Assembly (NCBI GenBank): GCA_038046725.1
Contig: JBBSVQ010000001.1
Location: 187,780-251,779, forward strand
DNA from: Thermoplasmatota archaeon
GTDB lineage: Archaea > Thermoplasmatota > E2 > JACPAO01 > JAHFTW01
DNA: 64,000 bases
Direction of reading: 5' to 3'
In this document: piece by piece, positions 10,289 through 19,223 of the stretch
Position numbering within the stretch: position 1 is the first letter of the stretch
Layout of the letters: every line of letters begins with the position of its first letter
The notes under the pieces: model-generated
Told to the model about the DNA's origin: nothing
Database searches by the model: none
What the model saw: the letters and a program-made list of their open reading frames with translations, nothing else
Position numbers and translations under genes: made by a program

Positions 10289-11160
10289 GTCCGCAGGCTC
10301 GGCGACCAGGAGAGAATGGAATCCATTGCCGTCTCTTCGCCCGGCGTGAGCACGACGTTGGGCGCAAGCAAGTCCTGCGCCATGTGCTCGGCCGATGTCG
10401 TGCCCGTCAGCACGTGCAGCCCCCTGGCAAGGCAGTAGGCGAAGACGACTTGCGGCGGCGTCGCGGCGAGCCGGGCGGCGGCCTGCAACACGACGGGATG
10501 ACCCACGAGGCGGTGCCCGGTGAGCAAGGAAAATCCCTGATACAGAATCCCGTGGCGCGTACAGGATTCGCGCACGGCTGCGTCGGCGTGCGGCCGCGTG
10601 AAGCAGCGGTTCTGGACGATGGCTGGTGGAACCTTGGCGATGGCGACGAGTTCGTCGAGTTGGTCCGCCGAGACGTTGGATACCCCAAGCAACCGGGTTG
10701 AGCCTGCGCGGTGCAGGTCCTCCATCGCCGCCCACGCCTCGAGGTCGTCCTCCCCCCATCCAAGCGGGACCGACGGGCCATGCAGGAGGTATGCGTCAAG
10801 CGTCTCGACGCCAAGATGCTCGAGGGAGCTGGCGAAGGATTGCTCAACTTGCCTCGCCATTGGCGCCCCGGCGTCGTACGGCAGGCGGTGGTCCTGGCCT
10901 GCGGGGTGCGTGAACTTCGTCTGCAGGAACAGGTTGCCCCGGGCAAGGGCACCGCTGCGAATCTGCGCCTGAACAGCCTCGCCGACGGCGGCTTCGTGGT
11001 AGTGTTTGCGTTGGTTGGCCGTGTCGATGCCGCGGAATCCCGCCTGCAACGCAGCCGTGACCAGGCGAGCAGTCTGCGCCTCCTTCCAAGCCGTCCCGTA
11101 GAGGAGTCGGGGCACGGCGACGGGTCCACCGGCGACGTTCGGGGTTGCGGGCACGGTCAT
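10285..11160 (-). CDS. Aldo/keto reductase
   Basis: LLYGTAWKEAQTARLV...GFRGIDTANQRKHYHEAAVG...LFLQTKF...LDAYLLHGP... carries the AKR catalytic-tetrad context. Start at the internal ATG (MTVPATP). Confidence 0.8.
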   Translation of the reverse strand: MTVPATPNVAGGPVAVPRLLYGTAWKEAQTARLVTAALQAGFRGIDTANQRKHYHEAAVGEAVQAQIRSGALARGNLFLQTKFTHPAGQDHRLPYDAGAPMARQVEQSFASSLEHLGVETLDAYLLHGPSVPLGWGEDDLEAWAAMEDLHRAGSTRLLGVSNVSADQLDELVAIAKVPPAIVQNRCFTRPHADAAVRESCTRHGILYQGFSLLTGHRLVGHPVVLQAAARLAATPPQVVFAYCLARGLHVLTGTTSAEHMAQDLLAPNVVLTPGEETAMDSILSWSPSLRT

Positions 11161-11185
11161 GCATCCTGGAGCGGCTTGAAGACCC

Positions 11186-11560
11186 CTATCCAGGGCCGGG
11201 CCATTCATTGCGCAACGGGTCGCCCTCGTCCAGCGTGGGAATCTCGCGGGCGCCGCACAACCGGGCATGCCGGCGCCACGCCGGCCCATGGTCCTCGTCC
11301 TCGTCGAAGAGCAAGGCCGCGGCATGCGCGACCTCGTGCCGGATGGTCTCGATCAGCAAGTCGCCGCGCACGTGCCGCGACAACAGAAACGGCCGCAACT
11401 CGCGCCACGGCCCGGCCCCAATCGTGTTCGTTGCCGCGAACAAGTCATGGCGGTCAACGAGGTCCACGCCAGGAAACGGGGGGAGGGCGCCGGCATACAC
11501 CTCCCGGTTGATGCGGTCATACTCCGCCTGGAACGCAGGGACGGCGTCGGACACAGACAT
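11186..11560 (-). CDS. SprT-like zinc metallopeptidase domain protein
   Basis: The HExxH motif (IRHEVAHAAA) sits in a SprT-like context. Confidence 0.5.
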   Translation of the reverse strand: MSVSDAVPAFQAEYDRINREVYAGALPPFPGVDLVDRHDLFAATNTIGAGPWRELRPFLLSRHVRGDLLIETIRHEVAHAAALLFDEDEDHGPAWRRHARLCGAREIPTLDEGDPLRNEWPGPG

Positions 11561-11672
11561 TATTCCTGGGCCGCCAGAAGGTCGGCATCACGGGGAATCT
11601 GGCGCATGAGGTCGGGTAAGACGTGCGGGGCTTCTTGTTTTTGGTGGCCAGCGTGCCTGCCGGGCTCCCGAC

Positions 11673-12617
11673 ATGGACGGCAGCTTCACGACCCCCGCGG
11701 CAGCTCCCCGACCGTTGGGAATCGCCGCCCTCCGGAAGATTCTCCCGCCCGCACCATTCGACGTTGCGGCCCTGCGCGGCAAGACCGTCGCCGTGGATGC
11801 GGACAACCTCGTGTGGTCCTTCGTCACGGCGCTCGCGGGGGCCGGTGAACTCCCGAAGGCGCCGGACGGGCGTTCGAATGCGCACCTGCTGGGCCTCCTG
11901 TCACGGCTTTCGCTTTACACGAAGTGGGGGGCCAGGAGCGTCTGGGTCTTCGACGGCGTGCAGCCGGATCTGAAGGCGGCCACCCTCATCGAACGAGGAG
12001 AACGCATCGAAGCGGCCCGCGTGGCTGGGGACAACTACCAAGCCTCGGTGGCCGTCGACGAGGACGACCTCGAGGAATGCAAGCGACTTCTCACGCACCT
12101 CGGCATGCCGTGGATCGAGGCGCCTGGCGAATCCGACGCGCAATGCGCCCAACTCGTGCAAGCCAGGCATGCCTGGGCCGCCGTGACGCAAGACTGGGAC
12201 ATCGCGCTCTTCGGGGCGCCACGCGCGCTGCGCAATCTCACGCTCAGCAAGACGCGCCAGCCGGAGATTCTCGACCTCGGGGCCGCGCTTGCGACGGCGG
12301 GCCTGACGCGCGAGCAACTCGTGGACTGCGCCATCCTGATTGGCACCGACTACAATGAAGGCATCGCGGGCGTTGGACCCGTAAAGGCCGTGAAGCTCCT
12401 CAAGCAATGCGGCAATCTCGAGGGAGCCCTTGCCCGACTTGGCGCGAAGTTGCCGCAGGCATCCGAGATTCGCGCGCTCTATTTCGCGCACCCCGTGGAC
12501 AAGCGCTTCGTTCCGCAGTGGAAGTCGCCCGATGCAGAGGCCACGATGGACTTCCTTCGCAGCCGCGGCGTTCCCCAGCAACGCGGTCAGGACTTGCTCA
12601 ACGCACTCGATCCTTAA
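11673..12617 (+). CDS. fen: Flap endonuclease 1 (FEN-1)
   Basis: N-domain ...GKTVAVDADNLVWSF..., I-domain ...GMPWIEAPGESDAQCAQL..., H3TH ...LIGTDYNEGIAGVGPVKAVKLLK.... This is the archaeal/eukaryal type. Confidence 0.9.
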   Translation: MDGSFTTPAAAPRPLGIAALRKILPPAPFDVAALRGKTVAVDADNLVWSFVTALAGAGELPKAPDGRSNAHLLGLLSRLSLYTKWGARSVWVFDGVQPDLKAATLIERGERIEAARVAGDNYQASVAVDEDDLEECKRLLTHLGMPWIEAPGESDAQCAQLVQARHAWAAVTQDWDIALFGAPRALRNLTLSKTRQPEILDLGAALATAGLTREQLVDCAILIGTDYNEGIAGVGPVKAVKLLKQCGNLEGALARLGAKLPQASEIRALYFAHPVDKRFVPQWKSPDAEATMDFLRSRGVPQQRGQDLLNALDP

Positions 12618-12677
12618 GGCACAGCCAGGCCCGCCTCGAGGACCAAGCTTTACGGCACGCCGGCCAATGCCCTTCCC

Positions 12678-13814
12678 ATGGCCAAGGCCCTCGTCCTCGG
12701 CGCCGGATTCGGCGGCATCTCGGCAGCCCTGGAACTGCGGCGCCTCCTTCCCAACCTCGACGTCACTCTCATCGACGAGGGCAGCACGTTCCGCATGGGA
12801 TTGGGAAACCTGTGGGTCCTCGATGGCCGTCGCCAAGTCGGCGAGGGCCAACGCCCCCTGACGGCCCTTCGCGACCGCGGCATCCAAGTCAAGCGTGGCC
12901 GCGTCGAAGCCATCAACGCCGCCGAACGCACGGTGACCGTGGACGGTGCCCAACTAGGCGCCGACGGAATCATCCTCGCGTTGGGAGCTCGGCTAGCCCC
13001 GGAGGCAACGCCCGGATTCGCAGCCGCGCACAACCTGTACGACGAATCCGGCGCCGCCGCATTCAACAAGGCCCTGCAGGGCTTCGCGGGCGGACGCATC
13101 CTGATCCAGGTGTGCGCCCTTCCATTCAAGTGCCCCCCGGCGCCCTACGAGGCCGCCCTGCTTGTGGCCGACCTTCTGCGCAAACGCGGCATCAAGGCCG
13201 AAATCCATTTGGCAACCCCGGAACCCCATCCCTTGCCCGTCGCCCCACCCGAGGTCGGCGCGAGACTTCTGCCATTGCTCGAAGCAGCTGGAATCCGATA
13301 CCACCCTGGCTGCAAACCCGTGCGCTTCACCGATGGAACCGTCGAGTGGGAAAACGGGCAATCCCTCGCATTCGACCTCGCGGCCGGCGTTCCCACGCAT
13401 CAAGCCCCAGCCGTCATCGCCACAAGCGGACTGGCCGGACCCTCGGGATTCGTTCCAGTCGATGCCGCGAGCCTGCGCACCAAAGTGCCCCGCGTGTACG
13501 CCGTCGGCGACGTGGCGGCGGTTCCACTTCCCAACGGAAAGGCAGCACCAAAGGCCGGCGTCCTAGCCGAATCCCAAGGCCGCGCCGCAGCAACCCACCT
13601 CGCCCAAGACCTGCAAGCACGCGGCGACCCCATCGCCTTCGACGGGCGCGGCACGTGCTTCATCGAGCTCGGCAACGGACAAGCCATGCCCGCTGCGGGA
13701 GACTTCTTCGCAATGCCGCACCCCAAGTTTTCCTTCAAGCCGCCGTCGACGCAAGGGTTGCAAGACAAACAGCGGTTCGAATCCGACCGCCTGGCATCCT
13801 GGTTTCCCGCGTAG
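12678..13814 (+). CDS. FAD/NAD(P)-dependent pyridine nucleotide-disulfide oxidoreductase (SQR/NDH-2-like)
   Basis: N-terminal Rossmann MAKALVLGAGFGGISAALEL and a second dinucleotide fold ...RVYAVGDVAAV.... At 378 aa it is the SQR-like size. Confidence 0.75.
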   Translation: MAKALVLGAGFGGISAALELRRLLPNLDVTLIDEGSTFRMGLGNLWVLDGRRQVGEGQRPLTALRDRGIQVKRGRVEAINAAERTVTVDGAQLGADGIILALGARLAPEATPGFAAAHNLYDESGAAAFNKALQGFAGGRILIQVCALPFKCPPAPYEAALLVADLLRKRGIKAEIHLATPEPHPLPVAPPEVGARLLPLLEAAGIRYHPGCKPVRFTDGTVEWENGQSLAFDLAAGVPTHQAPAVIATSGLAGPSGFVPVDAASLRTKVPRVYAVGDVAAVPLPNGKAAPKAGVLAESQGRAAATHLAQDLQARGDPIAFDGRGTCFIELGNGQAMPAAGDFFAMPHPKFSFKPPSTQGLQDKQRFESDRLASWFPA

Positions 13815-13883
13815 AATCGGCGACGACCTTGTGCGCCGCGCGCGAGGTGCCGTCAGCAGTTCAACGGGAATTGCGTGGATGCC

Positions 13884-14333
13884 CTACTTGGCTCGCTTTG
13901 GCTTGGCCTCTGCGGCGGATGAATTGAGTGCGACCGCGGCCCGGATTAGCGCCTTGAAGGCCGCCGCGTCGACCGTCGCCCCCGCATGGACGTCGATTGC
14001 GCGCCTCGTGGCCCCGGTGTCGGCGGCGTTGAAGAGACGCGCCGGATCCTCGAGTGCCGCCCCTTGTGCGAACGTGAACTTCACCTTGTCCTTGTAGGTC
14101 TCCCCGGTGCAGAGGATGCCGTCATGCGACCACACCGGAACCCCCGCCATTGCATTCGACGGCTTCCTCCACTTGATTTCCTCGAGGACGTCCGGGTCCG
14201 CCTCATGAATCAGGTTGCGCATCCGCTGCAAGACGTCCACGCGCCAATCCCCCACGGTTGCGCTCCTTTTTCCGGACGCCTTCTTCGCGGCCGACGTCTT
14301 GGCAGATTTCTTCGCCGACTTGGCCGCAGCCAT
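13884..14333 (-). CDS. DUF1801 (YdhG-like) domain protein with K/A-rich N-tail
   Basis: ...WRVDVLQRMRNLIHEADPDVLEEIKWRKPSN...GILCTGETYKDKVKFTFAQGA... is a DUF1801 pattern. Confidence 0.5.
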   Translation of the reverse strand: MAAAKSAKKSAKTSAAKKASGKRSATVGDWRVDVLQRMRNLIHEADPDVLEEIKWRKPSNAMAGVPVWSHDGILCTGETYKDKVKFTFAQGAALEDPARLFNAADTGATRRAIDVHAGATVDAAAFKALIRAAVALNSSAAEAKPKRAK

Positions 14334-14771
14334 GCCGGAGCCATTCGGCACCGATGCTTAATCGGTTTCGTCCGTTGACCACCATCCCGGCCCCCGGGAT
14401 GCATCGCCTACGACTTGCCCCAGCCCGGCATCGCAGCCGCCTGCCGAATCCACGCCACCATCTGAGCCTCATCGAAGTCGTCCTCGTGCACGTCGAGCCA
14501 GCGCGCGTCCTTCCCCGACGACCATGCCGGCCATCGCAACAACCACTCGGCGCCGATCCTGGACCCGCAACAGCAGCGCCAGCGCAGGCAACTGCACGAC
14601 CTGTGCAAGGAACGGCATCGCCGCCAACAGGCCCAATTGCAGGTTGAATGCCCCAGTGAATACGGCCAGGCCAGCAAGGAAAGCACCTCCGGTCAAGCTG
14701 TCCATCAGGCGCGACAGGACCGCATCCCAATTCAGTGGACGGCGTGGATCGAGGGCCAGAGTCAACTCCAG

Positions 14772-16112
14772 CTAGTGGCTCCGATAGCCCTCGATGGCCT
14801 CGTCCAGGATGCCTCGAATGGTGGGATTGACTCGGCTTGCCGTGAAGTTGGGCAAGGTGATGCGGCCGGCTTCGCCCATGCGTTCGGCGGCCGTGCGGTC
14901 GGTGAGGATGACCCGCATGGCCTCCGCCAGGCTTTCCTCCTTCCCGGCCTCGAACAGGAGACCATTGTTTCCATGAACGACGATTTCCGCTGCCCCACAG
15001 CCCGTGGAGACGATGGGAACGCGGCCGTAGCGCCAAGCCTCCAACGGCGTCAGGCCGAAGCCTTCGATATCGCTGGTCAAAAGGACGGCTTCCGCTCGTG
15101 CATAGGCAGCCGCGAGCAGGCCGTCGGGAATCCAATGGGCGAAGCGGACCGCATTGGTGACCTCGAGTTCGGCGACAATCCATTGCAGTTTTTCGCGCCA
15201 TTCGGCCGACTTGCCTTTGCCTTGATGGCCACCGAGTTTCCCGGAGAATGATCCATTCCCGACGAGGACCAACCGCGTGTTGGGATCTTCTTTGTGGATG
15301 CGGGCGAAGGCGCGAATGGCTAGGTCCTGGCGTTTCATGGGATCCATGCGCGCCACGAGCAGGAAGACGCGCGTGTCCGGCTTCAGGTTCCACTCGGCTT
15401 CCAAAGCCGCAATCTTGGTCGGGCTGGTGTCTGGCCAATCGTCCGGGTTGATGTGCGGATACACTTGGCGGACTTTGCCGTGGAATCCGGCGTCGACGAA
15501 CCCCTGCAGGTCACGTCGCGTGCTGACCATGACGGCGTCGAAGTCCTCCATGACGCGCAGCATCCAGTGCCGCGTGTAGGCCGGGATGAGTTGCGGGTTG
15601 AAGGGGACGTGCCAGCGCATCACGCAAGGCGCTGCCAGGCCAAGCAAGGCGCCGACTTGCAGGAGCTGGAAGTCATGGATGTAGGCGACGTCCAGGTCGC
15701 CAGCGTGTTCCAGCAACGCATCGGCCGTGCGGGCGTTGTATCGCGTGTATTGGCGGAAGTCGTCGCCGCTGAAGCGTTGGCTGGGCAGGCCGTGGATGTC
15801 GTTCCACAATTTCTCTTTGCTTCTGCCGTACGCTTGCAGTTCCTCGCTGGGCATGTCGATGTGCCGCAACTGGATGCTGCCGCCGTCGAGGTCGACCTGG
15901 GCCGGCGCGCCGGGTTGGAGGCTGTACCAGTACGCCTGCTTCATCCAGCCCTGATTGCGCAGGTTCTGAAGGGTGGGCAGGACCATGCGGCAGACCCCGC
16001 CTGGGCTCAACCGATGATTCGGCAGGTCCGGGCCGGCAGGTCCCCCTTGGCCTTCGCCGTCGAAGCGGAAAAGGGGCGTCTGGGTGCTGACGAGAATCGT
16101 GTGCTGCCCCAT
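14772..16112 (-). CDS. GT4-family glycosyltransferase (sugar-phosphate/compatible-solute synthase-like)
   Basis: C-terminal GT-B motifs ...RLVLVGNG...LLTSDIEGFGLTPLEAWRYGRVPIVSTGCGAAEIV.... The N-domain ...VAYIHDFQLLQVG... resembles sucrose-phosphate/trehalose-P synthase-type enzymes. Confidence 0.75.
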   Translation of the reverse strand: MGQHTILVSTQTPLFRFDGEGQGGPAGPDLPNHRLSPGGVCRMVLPTLQNLRNQGWMKQAYWYSLQPGAPAQVDLDGGSIQLRHIDMPSEELQAYGRSKEKLWNDIHGLPSQRFSGDDFRQYTRYNARTADALLEHAGDLDVAYIHDFQLLQVGALLGLAAPCVMRWHVPFNPQLIPAYTRHWMLRVMEDFDAVMVSTRRDLQGFVDAGFHGKVRQVYPHINPDDWPDTSPTKIAALEAEWNLKPDTRVFLLVARMDPMKRQDLAIRAFARIHKEDPNTRLVLVGNGSFSGKLGGHQGKGKSAEWREKLQWIVAELEVTNAVRFAHWIPDGLLAAAYARAEAVLLTSDIEGFGLTPLEAWRYGRVPIVSTGCGAAEIVVHGNNGLLFEAGKEESLAEAMRVILTDRTAAERMGEAGRITLPNFTASRVNPTIRGILDEAIEGYRSH

Positions 16113-16116
16113 GGCT

Positions 16117-16830
16117 TCACGCAGCCGCTGCGGGAACGGGGTTTGGCGTTCGCCAGTCGCCTTTGAGCAACCGGCGGACCGCGTCGATCACCGCGCCAGG
16201 GCCAGGCGCCTCAAGGACCTCATCCGCGCATTCCTTGAGCGAAGGAACCGCATTGGCCACGGCGAGTGCCACGTGGGCGCGGTCGAACAAGGCGACGTCG
16301 TTCTCGCCGTCGCCGATGGCCACCACGTGTGCACCGCGAATCCCAAGGCTGCCCAAGGCCCCGTCGAGTCCAATGCCTTTGTCGAGACCGGGCGGCAGCA
16401 CGTCGACTCGGTCCACGTTGAGTTGGATGGAGCAGTCGCTTGCTTGCTGTCGAATGACGTCCAGGTCGTTGATGGAAGCGCTGAAGGAGGTCGAGCGGCG
16501 CTCGATGGCCACGCCCGCTTCCGCGACGCGTTCCGCCGCCTTCAGGACGATGTCCGCGTTGCTGGGCCGCAGCAGCGTCGACCAAGACCCCCAGACAGCG
16601 CCGCCCTCCAAGACGAAGGCATCAAACACCTCGGCCAGGGGGGAAAATCGTTCCAGGTCCGCTTTGGAGCGTCCAGTGACCAGGATGCACCTGAACCCAG
16701 CCTTGCGGAGCTCCCCAACGGCAAACAGCGCCTCTGGATCAGGAATGAAGTCATCGCCGGTCAAGGTGCGGTCGCAGTCGACGGCGAAGGCAATCATGTG
16801 GTTGGGTTTGGCCGCTGGTTCGTCTGTCAT
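16117..16830 (-). CDS. HAD-IIB (Cof-type) sugar-phosphate phosphatase
   Basis: Motif I AFAVDCDRTLT, motif II ...ILVTGRS..., motif III/IV ...VVAIGDGENDVALF.... It lies immediately downstream of the GT4 gene, 4 nt apart. Confidence 0.75.
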   Translation of the reverse strand: MTDEPAAKPNHMIAFAVDCDRTLTGDDFIPDPEALFAVGELRKAGFRCILVTGRSKADLERFSPLAEVFDAFVLEGGAVWGSWSTLLRPSNADIVLKAAERVAEAGVAIERRSTSFSASINDLDVIRQQASDCSIQLNVDRVDVLPPGLDKGIGLDGALGSLGIRGAHVVAIGDGENDVALFDRAHVALAVANAVPSLKECADEVLEAPGPGAVIDAVRRLLKGDWRTPNPVPAAAA

Positions 16831-16868
16831 GGTTTTCCTGGTGGGGGCGAGGGGAGTAAAGGGGGTGC

Positions 16869-17102
16869 TCAGAACTTGGTCCCGGTCAGCGTCTTCGCGT
16901 CGGTCACGCTGGGGACGGCCCGAATCTTTTCCTCGACAAGGCGCCCCAGCTTGTCGAATGAGTTTGCCTCGAGCTTGGCGATGAGGTCGAATTCCCCGAA
17001 GAGTGGCACCAGTTCCGTGATCTCGGGGACCTTCAGGAGTTGATTGTAGACCTCGCGGTCCTTTCCTGGTTCGGTGCTGATGAGGACGAAGCCGAGGGTC
17101 AC
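16869..17102 (-). CDS. Stand-alone Lrp/AsnC ligand-binding (RAM) domain protein
   Basis: (GTG)TLGFVLISTEPGKDREVYNQLLKVPEITELVPLFGEFDLIAKLEANSFDKLGRLVEEKIRAVPSVTDAKTL matches the RAM beta-alpha-beta-beta-alpha-beta pattern. No HTH precedes it. The start is uncertain by 1 nt (my reading of the sequence lines gives 17103). Confidence 0.55.
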   Translation of the reverse strand: MTLGFVLISTEPGKDREVYNQLLKVPEITELVPLFGEFDLIAKLEANSFDKLGRLVEEKIRAVPSVTDAKTLTGTKF

Positions 17103-17292
17103 GAGGGCACGCTCCTCTTCATGTTGTGTCGTGAGACCCAGGCCAAGCCGCCAAGGGCCAGGCAGGTTGCCGCGATGGCCAAGAGGTCGAATCGGGTGGT
17201 CCGGACGCCTTCGATGACGAGCAACAGGATGGCGGTGCTGAAGGACGCAAGGCCGGCAACGAGTCGCCAATGCACGTCTGCCCACATTCGGG

Positions 17293-18921
17293 TCAAGCCG
17301 ACGCCTGGGTGCGGGCCGATTCAACTTCGGGCCGGCGCTCAAGCAAGGGACCTGGGACGCCTTCGCGCATGAGGACCTGGTAGAGGTCCTTGCGCCGATC
17401 CTGCAGCTGCCGCACGCTCCCGGTACGTTGGTTGCGGCGCAGCACTTCGAGGTCGAGATCAGCCATGACGACGGTCTCGACGTTCGGGTTGGCTTCGGCC
17501 GCGATGCCATCGCGGGGGAAGGCGAAGTCGCTGGGCGTCAGAATGGCGCTTTGCGCGTACTGGACGTCCATGTTCTCCACCTCAGGTAGGTTTCCCACGG
17601 TGCCGGCGGTGACGACGTAGACCTGGTTCTCCACGGCTCGCGCCTGGGCGCAGTACCGAACACGCAGGTGCCCCTGCCGGTCTTCGGTGCAGTAAGGCAC
17701 AAAAAGGATCTTCGCGCCGCGTTCCACGGCGACGCGCGCCATCTCTGGGAATTCCACGTCGTAGCAGACCAGGATTGCGATCTTCCCTTCGTCGGTGTCC
17801 AGGATGCGGAGGCCGTCGCCGGGTTCGATGCCCCACCAGCGCCGCTCGTTTGGAGTGATGTGCAGCTTGGCTTGGCCGTCGATGGTGCCGTCTCGACGGA
17901 AGAGGAAGCTGATGTTGCGCAGGCGGCCCTGCTCTTCCACGACGTGGCTTCCGGCGATGATGTTGACGTTGTACTTCACGGCCAGGTCACGGAAATGCTC
18001 GAGGTATTGCGTCGTGTAGGTGGACAAGTGGCGGATGGCCTTGCCGGGGTCACGCTCAGGCGTGATGCTGAGCAGCTGCGTCGTCAGGAGTTCGGGGAAG
18101 ACCGCGAAGTCGGCCTTGTTGTCCGAGGCGACATCGACGAAATAGGCGGTCTGGCGGCGGAAGTCCTCGAAGGACTCCAGTTTGCGCATCTGGTACTGGA
18201 TGACGGCGATGCGCACCGGGTGGCTTGACTTGAGAGCCCTGCCGGGCGTGACACGGTAGTCGATGTTGCTCCACTCCATGAGCACGGCGTGACCCAGGGA
18301 GTCCTTGTCGCTTGGGAGGTAATTGTGCAGGACGTGCTGCGGCACGAAGCCGTTGCGGAGCTGGAACCAGAGGACCGGGTCGTCGACTTCATTGCGCGTG
18401 ACGGCCTCGACGTAATCCGCGGCATCCATCTTGTCGGCGTGCTTGTGGTAGCCGGGCATGCGGCCGGCGATGAGCATGCGTTTCAATCCCAGGCGCTGGC
18501 AGAGCTGCTTCCGTGCCTCGTAGAGGCGTGCCCCGATCTTCATGCTGCGATAGTCGGGGTGGACCATGACCTCGATGCCGTAGAGGTCCTTGCCGTCCGG
18601 GTCGTGGTTCCGGATGGTGCCCTCGCCGCTGATGTCCTTGAATGAATGGTTCTCCTCGTAGGCGTCGAAGTCCAGGATGAGGCTGCTGGCGCTTCCCACG
18701 ACCTTGCCGTCGACTTCGACGACCATCTGCCCTTCCGGGAAGTACGCGATGTGGCTTGCCAGTTGCGCCTTCGACCACGGCTTCATCCCTGGGAAACAGG
18801 CCTGCTGCATCGCGATGATCCGGTCAAAATCCGCTTCCACCATCTGGCGGACCGTGATGGGTTTCTCGAAGCTAGCGAGATCGAGGCCTGGCGGGGCTGT
18901 GCCCGCGTTTGCATCCGTCAT
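17293..18921 (-). CDS. Bifunctional GNAT acetyltransferase / carbon-nitrogen hydrolase (nitrilase superfamily) fusion
   Basis: N-terminal GNAT (...IEVMVHPDYRSMKIGARLYEA...). C-terminal CN-hydrolase with the E/K/C triad context (...AVFPEL..., ...RK..., ...IAILVCYDVEFPE...). Confidence 0.8.
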   Translation of the reverse strand: MTDANAGTAPPGLDLASFEKPITVRQMVEADFDRIIAMQQACFPGMKPWSKAQLASHIAYFPEGQMVVEVDGKVVGSASSLILDFDAYEENHSFKDISGEGTIRNHDPDGKDLYGIEVMVHPDYRSMKIGARLYEARKQLCQRLGLKRMLIAGRMPGYHKHADKMDAADYVEAVTRNEVDDPVLWFQLRNGFVPQHVLHNYLPSDKDSLGHAVLMEWSNIDYRVTPGRALKSSHPVRIAVIQYQMRKLESFEDFRRQTAYFVDVASDNKADFAVFPELLTTQLLSITPERDPGKAIRHLSTYTTQYLEHFRDLAVKYNVNIIAGSHVVEEQGRLRNISFLFRRDGTIDGQAKLHITPNERRWWGIEPGDGLRILDTDEGKIAILVCYDVEFPEMARVAVERGAKILFVPYCTEDRQGHLRVRYCAQARAVENQVYVVTAGTVGNLPEVENMDVQYAQSAILTPSDFAFPRDGIAAEANPNVETVVMADLDLEVLRRNQRTGSVRQLQDRRKDLYQVLMREGVPGPLLERRPEVESARTQASA

Positions 18922-19223
18922 CTGAGTGGCCACCTCGGGAACCATCATATCCGTAGCAGGTGGACATGTTCGACAATCCCCACGATTGCCGATGTACCCG
19001 ACGCCCATCGACGGTCGAATTGCGAGTGAACACGATTATTCCGGGTTGCTCGCCGCGCTCATGGTTAGGGTTTCGCTGCGGGCCGGGTGGGCTGCCGGAA
19101 CATCAAGCGCCCGAGGCGCATCCATAGGTTCCTCCGGAGGTCTGAGGCCGCATGGAACGGTGTTGGGCCCTCGCCGCGCTGAAAGACCGTCGCAAATGAA
19201 TACGGGCGCGCACTGGCCACTGC

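Noticed and set aside
14408-14765. Two overlapping small minus-strand ORFs (92 and 98 aa) between the DUF1801 and GT4 genes
   Set aside because: The ORFs are mutually overlapping with Arg/Cys/Trp-rich composition. The hydrophobic stretch in one is not enough to call a gene.
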